Shown here: positions 9,855 to 17,646 of the stretch, piece after piece
How the letters are laid out: each line of letters opens with the position of its first letter
Numbering within the stretch: position 1 is the stretch's first letter
NCBI RefSeq assembly: GCF_014193895.1
Contig: NZ_BLZR01000001.1
Coordinates: 2,531,143-2,563,142, forward strand
DNA: 32,000 nucleotides
Direction: 5' to 3'
Origin: Clostridium fungisolvens
Lineage (GTDB): Bacteria > Bacillota > Clostridia > Clostridiales > Clostridiaceae
Notes under the pieces: model-generated
Database searches by the model: none
What the model was told of the DNA's origin: nothing
The model's input: the letters and a program-made list of their open reading frames with translations, nothing else
Position numbers and translations under genes: made by a program

Positions 9855-9922
9855 TTATAGATAGACACGTTCCAAATAAGATCAATAATAAAAGATGAAA
9901 AACTATTTTAATAAAATCCGAG

Positions 9923-10795
9923 GTGGGTATATTGGATGAAAATATTTCAAGAGAAAAAATAAAGAGAGGTTATCTTAATGATGATTTCCTTTTCTTCAAT
10001 CTTAAAGATCAGAAAAAAACTGACTTTGAGGTCCATTACCACGACTTTGATAAAATAATCATTTTTATCTCAGGAAATGTCACATATATCATTGAAGGAA
10101 AATCTTATAAACTTAGACCTTGGGACGTATTATTGGTTGGCAAAAACGACCTTCACCTTCCGATAATAAGCGATAGTGAACCATATGAGAGAATAATCCT
10201 TTGGTTAAACCCTTTATTTCTGGAAAAGCATAATATGGATAGTTGTGATCTTTTGAGCTGCTTTCAAATAGCTTCCGAAAGAAAACTTAACTTGATTAGA
10301 TTAAATATAAAACAAATAGAACTGCTAAAAAAAAATTTACAGGAGCTTAAAGAAGAAATACAAGACAAATCCTTTGGAAGCACCATACTAAAAAACGCTT
10401 TATTTATACAGTTCATGGTTAAAATCAATAGATTTTTCCTAGATATGAATACAGATAAAACTATTGAGGATATTAAATACGATCCAAGAATAGAAGCTAT
10501 TTTAAGTTTTATAAACTCAAATTTAGAGAAGGATATCTCTATAGAAATGCTATCAAATACTTTTTATCTTAATAAATATTACCTCATGCACTTATTTAAA
10601 AAAGAAACTGGTTACACCCTATATGGCTATATACAAAAAAAGAGAACTAAAAGAGCTGCTGATCTTTTGAGAACTGGGATGCAAGCTGGAGAGGTCTGTT
10701 CACTATGTGGTTTTATAGATTATTCTAGTTTCGTGAGAGCTTTCAAAAAAGAATTTCAATTATCACCAAAGCAGTATTATAAGGCTAGTTTATAA
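9923..10795 (+). CDS. AraC-family transcriptional regulator with an N-terminal cupin sensor domain
   Basis: The C-terminal AraC HTH pair is present (ISIEMLSNTFYLNKYYLMHLFKKETGYTLYGYIQKKRTKRAADLL...GFIDYSSFVRAFKKEFQLSPKQY), and the N-terminus has cupin-like strands. The track start is GTG 9923. TTG 9932 sits 6 nt after GAGGTG and may be the real start. Confidence 0.8.
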   Translation: MGILDENISREKIKRGYLNDDFLFFNLKDQKKTDFEVHYHDFDKIIIFISGNVTYIIEGKSYKLRPWDVLLVGKNDLHLPIISDSEPYERIILWLNPLFLEKHNMDSCDLLSCFQIASERKLNLIRLNIKQIELLKKNLQELKEEIQDKSFGSTILKNALFIQFMVKINRFFLDMNTDKTIEDIKYDPRIEAILSFINSNLEKDISIEMLSNTFYLNKYYLMHLFKKETGYTLYGYIQKKRTKRAADLLRTGMQAGEVCSLCGFIDYSSFVRAFKKEFQLSPKQYYKASL

Positions 10796-10917
10796 ATATA
10801 AGTCTATTAAGATAGACCTGTTTTAAATACGATTTAACTATAGTAGCATCTATCTCACTAGTTTTTTGTCTCTACAGAGTGAAATCATAAGAAGTATTCA
10901 AAATCAAAACAAACTTT

Positions 10918-10942
10918 AAGGCAAGCCATTATGGCTTGCCTT
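10918..10942. terminator. Hairpin between convergent genes (bidirectional terminator candidate)
   Basis: AAGGCAAGCC (10918-10927) pairs with GGCTTGCCTT (10933-10942), loop ATTAT. The T tracts are weak. Confidence 0.5.
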
Positions 10943-10969
10943 ATTGAACTTTTAAAAACTTTGTACTTC

Positions 10970-11254
10970 TTAGCTATTAAATTTTTCACACAATAAATCG
11001 ATATATTCTTTGGCTTCCTTCAAGCCCGCTCCAGTGGCTTGTCTGTATATTTTGATTGCTTTAATCTTCTTCCCTTCTGCAATAAGCCTTTCAACTTCAT
11101 CATCAACAGATGTCTCAGGCACTCCAATTTGTTTAGCAATTTTTGTTAAAATTTCATTTGTTCTTTTTACATCGTTTTGTAATCGATTAATGCTAGATAA
11201 TATAATAGATAACAATAAAGTTCCAATAATTATCCACATAAAGTTATCGTCCAT
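10970..11254 (-). CDS. Membrane-anchored protein with a ribosomal L7/L12 C-terminal-like domain
   Basis: An N-terminal TM helix (FMWIIIGTLLLSIILSSI) is followed by KKIKAIKIYRQATGAGLKEAKEYID, which closely resembles the L7/L12 CTD core (K.I.AIK.VR..TGLGLKEAK..V). The ATG at 11254 follows GGAGGG; the track start at 11266 is a TTG inside the SD. Confidence 0.7.
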   Translation of the reverse strand: MDDNFMWIIIGTLLLSIILSSINRLQNDVKRTNEILTKIAKQIGVPETSVDDEVERLIAEGKKIKAIKIYRQATGAGLKEAKEYIDLLCEKFNS

Positions 11255-11758
11255 ATTTCCCTCCAAGTAATTTCTAATAATTAAAAATATAATATATTTT
11301 TAATTATTTTAATAAACAGGCATTTCACAACAGTATAAGAAAATTTACTCTTGCCTAATTAAGTTACTTTTTATTTTAATTAGTCTTTATAACCAAAAAA
11401 TAAACAAGTCAATTTAATACTATTTCTTTTAATGTTTATAATAAGTAATTATATCTTATTCTTACATAAAATTGCACACAAAATTAAGTTATGGGTGAAT
11501 CTCTTCAATTTTAAATTTATATTTTCAATCTGTTTCTTCAGCCCCACATGAGTTTTGAAAATAGATTTGCGATTGAAGTGTTTAATCTTAAATGCACTTT
11601 TATAAATATAATATAAAATTTTAACTGTTCTATTGTAAACCTTTAGTTTATATATTTAGTATGGGAGGTTAATATATACATTAAATAGGTATACTTTTGA
11701 TAATGTATATTATGTAATATATGTATTAATTATAGGATTCTTAATTCAACTATTAAGT

Positions 11759-11950
11759 TATACGTGCCCGATAATTCCTAGAAATCGGAATTATGGAACA
11801 AGAATAACTAAAGTTTCGATACAGGAACCCTTTATAGGATTCAAACTTCAATTTTTAATTTATGCACGTCCGAAAATCCTCAGAAACATGGGTTTTCAAG
11901 CAAGTATAAATTAAATTTCCGTAGAGGAACCCTATACCTCCGTACACTAA
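11759..11950 (+). promoter_or_regulatory. Tandemly duplicated structured leader (candidate cis-regulatory RNA, class unknown)
   Basis: Two ~100-nt units sit in a 102-nt register (AGGAACCC at 11823-11830 and 11925-11932). Each has an 8-bp hairpin at the same relative position with different sequence but preserved pairing. See the finding. Confidence 0.35.
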
Positions 11951-11976
11951 TATATTGATTTGAGGGAGGGAAATAT

Positions 11977-13884
11977 ATGTCTTTCAAAACCACTGAGCAA
12001 CATGAAACTTTGAGAAAAATAATCAGAAAATTTGCTGAGGAAGAGGTAAAACCTATCGCATTCATGCTAGATCAGGAAAATAAATTTCCAACAGAAGCAG
12101 TTCATAAACTAGCTGAAATAGGCATGCTTGGTATACCCTATCCGAAAGAATATGGTGGAGCTGGTTTAGATGTAATTAGTTATGCCATAGCAGTGGAAGA
12201 ATTATCAAGAGTTGATGGCGGTACTGGAGTTATTCTTTCTGCTCATACATCTTTAGGCACATACCCAATAGCTGCTTACGGCACCGAAGAGCAAAAACAA
12301 AAGTATTTAATCCCACTTACTAAGGGAGAAAAACTTGGTGCCTTTGGTCTAACTGAAGAAAATGCCGGAAGTGATGCTGGTGGTACAGAAACTACAGCTG
12401 TATTAGAAGGTGATTACTATATTTTAAATGGTTCAAAGATTTTTATTACTAACGCTGGACAGGCAGATATATACGTTGTTTTCGCTGTCACTACACCAAA
12501 TATAGGTACAAAAGGTATTAGCGCTTTCATTGTTGAAAAAGGCTGGGATGGCTTTAGTTTTGGAAAGCATTATGACAAAATGGGAATCCGCTCTTCTGCT
12601 ACTGCAGAACTTATCTTCAATGACGTAAAAGTTCCTAAAGAAAACCTACTTGGCAAAGAAGGTGAAGGCTTCAAAATAGCTATGGCTACATTAGATGGTG
12701 GTCGTATTGGTATAGCAGCTCAAGCTCTCGGAATCGCTCAGGGAGCTTATGAAAATGCACTTGAATATTCAAAAGAAAGAATTCAATTTGGTAAACCTAT
12801 CTGCCAACAGCAAATCATAGCCTTTAAGCTATCGGATATGGCAACAAAACTAAGAGCTGCTAGATTGCTTATTTATAGTGCTGCAGAGCTTAAGGAGAAT
12901 CATGAGCACTATAGTATGGAAGCAGCTATGGCAAAGCAGTATGCTTCAGATGTTTGCCTTGAAATTGTTAATGATGCTCTTCAGATTTTTGGTGGTAGTG
13001 GTTATCTTAAAGGCATGGAGGTTGAACGCGCTTACAGAGATGCCAAGATCTGCACTATATATGAAGGTACTAACGAAATTCAAAGACTAGTTATCTCCTC
13101 TCATATCATCGGTAAGATGCCAAAAAATGAACGTGTTAGCAAAGCTTCTCATCATGAACCTGCAACAGGATATAGAAAGAAAGTAATCTTTAAACAAGGT
13201 ACCGCTGAAGAAAAGGTTGCCTCACTTGTTAAAGCCTTAAAAGAAGACGGATATGATTTCACTATAGGAATACCTTTGGATACTCCTATAAATAAAGCTG
13301 AAAGAGTAGTTAGTGCAGGTATGGGTATAGGAAATAAAGAAAATATGCAATTAATAGAAGCTCTCGCTGTGCAAGCAGGTGCTGCTATAGGTTCTTCTCG
13401 TCCTGTAGCTGAAACCCTTAAATACGTTCCTTTAAATCGCTATGTTGGCATGTCTGGACAAAAATTTAACGGTAATCTTTATATTGCCTGTGGTATCTCC
13501 GGTGCTGGTCAACATCTAAAAGGTATAAAGGATGCTACAACTATTGTAGCTATAAATATAGATTCTAATGCAAAAATTTTCAAAAATGCTGACTATGGAA
13601 TAGTTGGCGACCTAAAAGAAATACTTCCAATTTTAACTACAGCTTTAGACAATGGAGAGCCTAAAAAAGATGCTCCTCCAATGAAAAAGATGAAGAAAGT
13701 TATTCAAAAGAAAATAGCTCATGCATGGAAACATTTTGTCTGCAACGGATGTGGTTACGAGTACGATCCTGCTGTGGGTGATACTGAGGGAGAAGTAGCT
13801 CCAGGAACAATATTCGAAAACATACCAGAAGAATGGGCTTGTCCCGCTTGTGGTGAAGAAAAGACAATGTTTATTGAAGTGTAA
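11977..13884 (+). CDS. Tri-domain fusion: acyl-CoA dehydrogenase + ETF-alpha C-terminal FAD domain + rubredoxin
   Basis: aa 1-379 form a full butyryl-CoA-dehydrogenase-like ACAD including the IYEGTNEIQR catalytic-Glu block. aa ~440-555 match the EtfA FAD-binding half (RVVSAGMGIGNKEN...GSSRPVAE...GMSGQKF...LYIACGISGAGQHLKGI...IVAINIDSNAKIFKNADYGIVGDL). aa 584-635 are a rubredoxin (CNGCG...CPACG). SD GAGGGAGGG. Confidence 0.85.
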   Translation: MSFKTTEQHETLRKIIRKFAEEEVKPIAFMLDQENKFPTEAVHKLAEIGMLGIPYPKEYGGAGLDVISYAIAVEELSRVDGGTGVILSAHTSLGTYPIAAYGTEEQKQKYLIPLTKGEKLGAFGLTEENAGSDAGGTETTAVLEGDYYILNGSKIFITNAGQADIYVVFAVTTPNIGTKGISAFIVEKGWDGFSFGKHYDKMGIRSSATAELIFNDVKVPKENLLGKEGEGFKIAMATLDGGRIGIAAQALGIAQGAYENALEYSKERIQFGKPICQQQIIAFKLSDMATKLRAARLLIYSAAELKENHEHYSMEAAMAKQYASDVCLEIVNDALQIFGGSGYLKGMEVERAYRDAKICTIYEGTNEIQRLVISSHIIGKMPKNERVSKASHHEPATGYRKKVIFKQGTAEEKVASLVKALKEDGYDFTIGIPLDTPINKAERVVSAGMGIGNKENMQLIEALAVQAGAAIGSSRPVAETLKYVPLNRYVGMSGQKFNGNLYIACGISGAGQHLKGIKDATTIVAINIDSNAKIFKNADYGIVGDLKEILPILTTALDNGEPKKDAPPMKKMKKVIQKKIAHAWKHFVCNGCGYEYDPAVGDTEGEVAPGTIFENIPEEWACPACGEEKTMFIEV

Positions 13885-13954
13885 AAATTCATTAGAAAGA
13901 TAACTAGCTTTCTATCAAATTTTACAATTAGATTATACAAGGAGGATTAAATTC

Positions 13955-15154
13955 ATGTATTGTGTTAGAGAAATAACTGAGGACTTATATTGGATTGGAG
14001 GTAACGACCGCCGCCTTGCTCTATTTGAAAACATTCACCCAATTCCAAGTGGTGTTTCCTATAATTCTTACCTACTATTAGATGATAAAACTGTACTATT
14101 TGATACTGTAGATTGGTCAATCTGCAGACAGTTTCTAGAGAATATTAATGCAGTTTTAGGAAAGAGACCTCTTGATTACATGGTAATAAATCATGTTGAA
14201 CCAGACCATGCTGCATGTATAGAAGAGATTATTCTTCGATATCCTGAAGCTAAAATTATATGTACTGAAAAAGCATCATTGTTTATGCATCAATTCGGAT
14301 TTCATATAGATGACAAAACAATTGTAGTTAAAGAAGGCGATAAGATGTCTTTTGGGAAACATGAAGTTGTATTTGTGTCTGCTCCAATGGTACATTGGCC
14401 AGAAGCAATGGTAACCTATGACATTACAAGTGGCACATTATTTTCCGCTGACGCCTTTGGATCCTTTGGTTCTTTAGACGGTAAGTTGTTTAATGATGAA
14501 GTTAATTATGACCGAAACTGGATTGAAGATGCTAGGAGATACTACACTAATATCGTAGGGAAATACGGACCACATGTCCAATCGTTACTAAAAAAAGCTG
14601 GTGGTTTAGATATAAAGCTTATCTGCCCACTCCATGGACTAGTATGGCGAAATGATTTTGGATACTTACTTGATAAATATGACAGATGGAGTCGTTATGA
14701 ACCTGAAGAAAAGGGTGTTATGATAGTCTATGGAACAATGTACGGTAATACTGAAGCAGTCGCCAACGATCTTGCAACAAGGCTAGTAAAAAAAGGATTG
14801 AAAAATGTAGTCATGTATGACGTTTCAAGCACTCATGTATCCTACTTGATTTCAGAAACCTTCAAATATAGTCATATAGTTTTAGCTTGTGTAACTTATA
14901 ACCTAAACATTTACCCACCAATGCATAACTATTTAATGGATATGAAAGCATTAAATCTTCAAAAACGTACTTTCGGTCTTATAGAAAATGGTTCTTGGGC
15001 TCCTCAATCTGGAAGACTAATCAGAGAGCATCTAGAAGGCATGAAAGAAATGACTATCTTAGATAATAGCATGACATTAAATTCTGCTATGAAAGAAAAT
15101 GATTCGGACTCATTGGAGGATCTTGCAAGCAGCCTTATTGAATCATTAAATTAA
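13955..15154 (+). CDS. Flavodiiron protein (FprA-type O2/NO reductase: metallo-beta-lactamase-like domain + flavodoxin domain)
   Basis: Di-iron ligand motif H-x-E-x-D-H (INHVEPDH, nt 14192-14209), the FDP beta-lactamase fold blocks, and a C-terminal flavodoxin-like domain (VMIVYGTMYGNTE). SD AAGGAGG lies 70 nt after the upstream stop, so the two genes are probably co-transcribed. Confidence 0.85.
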   Translation: MYCVREITEDLYWIGGNDRRLALFENIHPIPSGVSYNSYLLLDDKTVLFDTVDWSICRQFLENINAVLGKRPLDYMVINHVEPDHAACIEEIILRYPEAKIICTEKASLFMHQFGFHIDDKTIVVKEGDKMSFGKHEVVFVSAPMVHWPEAMVTYDITSGTLFSADAFGSFGSLDGKLFNDEVNYDRNWIEDARRYYTNIVGKYGPHVQSLLKKAGGLDIKLICPLHGLVWRNDFGYLLDKYDRWSRYEPEEKGVMIVYGTMYGNTEAVANDLATRLVKKGLKNVVMYDVSSTHVSYLISETFKYSHIVLACVTYNLNIYPPMHNYLMDMKALNLQKRTFGLIENGSWAPQSGRLIREHLEGMKEMTILDNSMTLNSAMKENDSDSLEDLASSLIESLN

Positions 15155-15195
15155 TCCAAACTAAAAATAATAATAAACCATTACTATTCCATAAA

Positions 15196-15236
15196 AAAAT
15201 AGGCTAAGGATACAATTCATATCCTTAGCCTATTTT
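15196..15236. terminator. Bidirectional rho-independent terminator (FDP operon / histidine kinase)
   Basis: AATAGGCTAAGGATA (15198-15212) pairs with TATCCTTAGCCTATT (15220-15234), a 15-bp perfect stem flanked by an A-run and a T-run. Confidence 0.8.
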
Positions 15237-15285
15237 TAAATTTACTAGTATCTATAAACTAGCACTATTTAAATACCTTTATTTG

Positions 15286-17220
15286 TTAGTTATATATATC
15301 TGAAAACTCAATATGTATATTTTCAACCTTAGATTGATTTGTAAAATTGCTATTAACTTTTATATGTTCTTTCTCTGCAACGATTTTGACAGGCAATGTT
15401 ATTATGAACTCTGTGCCTTTTCCAAACTCACTCTTTACTTCAATTGTTCCATCATGCATCTCCACCAAAGCCTTAACAATTGACAATCCTATGCCACTAC
15501 CTTCATGACTTCTGCTAAGCAATGGGTCTACTTGCTTAAACCTTTGAAAAAGCTGTGAAACTTTATCTTCTGGAATTCCTCTCCCAGTATCTTTTACACT
15601 AATTATTATATACTCCTCACAATCGAACAAAGTAACATTAATTTCATCTCCAGGTTCAGTGAATTTAGTTGCATTTGAAATTAAATTAAGCAGAATTCTT
15701 TCTAATTTCTCTGCATCAAAAGCCATAATTTTTTCTTCCTGATTAGTATCAAATATAATTGTTCTATCCATTTGGCCTACATACGCAGCGGTTGATTGTG
15801 TTATTTCTTCTGCAACCTGTACTATATTATCGTTTCTTAACTCCAGCTTCATAAAACCAGAATCAATCTTAGTCATATCAATTAAATTATTCACAAGTCT
15901 TAATAGTCTATAGCAATTTTGTCTTATACTAGATGTATAATTTCTTATTTTGTCAGTATTTAAATCTTCACCATTACTAATTAGAACATTAAATAGCTGT
16001 GCTGTTGAAAAAATAATATTTAAAGGAGTTCTTAATTCATGAGACATATTTGCAATAAACTCAGTTTTTAATTTATCGTATTCCAAAGTCTCCTCGACCA
16101 ATCTTCTATTCTCAGCCAACATATGATTAAAGCTATTGGCTAAGATTCCAATCTCATCTTTACTTTCTATGTCACAATGAACAGTTAAGTCACCTTTTCC
16201 TGCTATCTCCATACATGATTTTAATTTATCTAAAGGTTTTACTAAAGTATTAGCTAAAAACAATCCTATAATTCCACTTAAGATAATTATTATAGAACCA
16301 GTAATAACTGTAGTGCTGAAAATTGATTTAGCTGAAGAGTTTAGTTCTTCGTAATTAGCTGTTGTTACTACATATACATGCCAAGCCTCGAAGAATTGAT
16401 AGTATCCTACTTTTTTTACTCCGTTATAGGTGTATTCTATTCTTCCACCACTGCCTTGATGCATCTTTTGAACGAAATCATAATTATTTACATTCTTACC
16501 TTTTTCAGTTGGATGAATAACTACATTTCCTTTAGAATCAAGTATATATGCATAACCAGTCTTTCCCAACTTAACATTACTTATGGTTTCTTCCAAATAA
16601 CTATTAATAGTCTTATTTCCTATTCCAATTGCCCCAATAACTTTATTATCTTTGTCCAATAAAGGCTTCATTCTTGTAACATATCCAACGCCTTCTATTA
16701 AAATATCACCAATATATTCTTGATTACTAATTATTCTATTATAAGCAACTGAATCATCGGTTATATACGTACCTAATACTCGCTGGTTATCTTTGAAAAT
16801 TGTACTGGAAACCCTTATTAATTTATTATCATGTAATAAAAATATTGTAGCCACAGTACCAGTAGACTGTTTAAGCTTATCCACAATAGTGTTATCAAGT
16901 GATAGCCTTTGATTTCCTGCGTATAAAACAGGTAAATTAAACTGGCCAATCTTTACACTTTCATTATAATTCACTCTCAAATCAGAAAAATTATTTAATA
17001 AAGTATTTGCGAAATTCAGATCTCCATAGGATTTTTCTGTCAGAAGATCATTTCTTACACTAAGGGTAGTAATAATTGATTCTGTTAAACGCTGACTTTT
17101 CTCATCTAATTCTTTAAAAACTGCGTCATTTGATTTTTTACCAATTAAAAAGCCTAAAACGCTTACGGCAAATACGATTAAAACCAAATAACTGATGATA
17201 AGTTTATATTTTACTCTCAT
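15286..17220 (-). CDS. Sensor histidine kinase with an extracytoplasmic double-Cache-like domain, HAMP, HisKA and HATPase; no adjacent response regulator
   Basis: Layout is TM1, a ~270-aa periplasmic-type domain with Cache-like blocks (GYVTRMKPL...VIGAIGIG; GYAYILDSKGNVVIHP), TM2, HAMP, the H-box FIANMSHELRTPLN, then the N/G boxes (LLNLISNATKFT, DTGRGIP, GSGIGLSIVK). Confidence 0.85.
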   Translation of the reverse strand: MRVKYKLIISYLVLIVFAVSVLGFLIGKKSNDAVFKELDEKSQRLTESIITTLSVRNDLLTEKSYGDLNFANTLLNNFSDLRVNYNESVKIGQFNLPVLYAGNQRLSLDNTIVDKLKQSTGTVATIFLLHDNKLIRVSSTIFKDNQRVLGTYITDDSVAYNRIISNQEYIGDILIEGVGYVTRMKPLLDKDNKVIGAIGIGNKTINSYLEETISNVKLGKTGYAYILDSKGNVVIHPTEKGKNVNNYDFVQKMHQGSGGRIEYTYNGVKKVGYYQFFEAWHVYVVTTANYEELNSSAKSIFSTTVITGSIIIILSGIIGLFLANTLVKPLDKLKSCMEIAGKGDLTVHCDIESKDEIGILANSFNHMLAENRRLVEETLEYDKLKTEFIANMSHELRTPLNIIFSTAQLFNVLISNGEDLNTDKIRNYTSSIRQNCYRLLRLVNNLIDMTKIDSGFMKLELRNDNIVQVAEEITQSTAAYVGQMDRTIIFDTNQEEKIMAFDAEKLERILLNLISNATKFTEPGDEINVTLFDCEEYIIISVKDTGRGIPEDKVSQLFQRFKQVDPLLSRSHEGSGIGLSIVKALVEMHDGTIEVKSEFGKGTEFIITLPVKIVAEKEHIKVNSNFTNQSKVENIHIEFSDIYN

Positions 17221-17525
17221 TCAAAAACACTTCTCCTTAGTTATGTATTCATAACTTCTTAATAACGCTTACATCTTAAGTTCTCTCATCACAAGCTATT
17301 ACAAATAGAAACAACTTTCCGATTATTGTTCAAACTATTCAACATATTCATCCAATTGCTACCTGATATTTCTTGTATATGTATATTTTATTTTAAGACA
17401 TTCTGTCTAATTATATCATGTGTTCAGCATTTTTTCATCGATTAATTTTAATCTTATTAAACTTTATTTTCGTTTTACTATTATATAAATCCGGTTGCTA
17501 TGAATTAAAAATTTTCCAACAACTT

Positions 17526-17580
17526 ATTGTCAACCATTTTTAATATTTAGGTTGACAATGCATTCTTAGTATTTTATACT
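17526..17580 (+). promoter_or_regulatory. BirA operator overlapping the bioY promoter
   Basis: Perfect inverted repeat ATTGTCAACC-N14-GGTTGACAAT (17526-17559), matching the Firmicute BirA box TGTnAACC-N14-16-GGTTnACA. TTGACA (17552-17557), a 17-nt spacer and TATACT (17575-17580) form a promoter whose -35 lies inside the right half-site. Confidence 0.75.
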
Positions 17581-17646
17581 AAATTGGACAAATTGGTTAA
17601 GAAATGAAATCCTAAGAATTACATTAAATAAATTGGAGGGCTTTAC

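Noticed and set aside
11759-11950. Guanidine-I (ykkC) riboswitch on the reverse strand, because the reverse complement contains UAGGGUUCC / AAGGGUUCC
   Set aside because: Only the first ~9 nt resemble the ykkC 5' consensus. The GGUCCGAGAG and GGGA-AAAAGCCCGGGAGA blocks are absent. The nearest minus-strand gene start is ~500 nt away. I also compared it with glycine, NAD+-I, c-di-GMP, ZTP, fluoride, PyrR, ANTAR and RAT motifs from memory and none fit.
11880-12065. 61-aa minus-strand ORF spanning the leader and the start of the ACAD fusion gene
   Set aside because: It overlaps the ACAD start and the structured leader, has no SD, and its translation is junk-like. The conserved features of this region read better as RNA or DNA elements on the plus strand.
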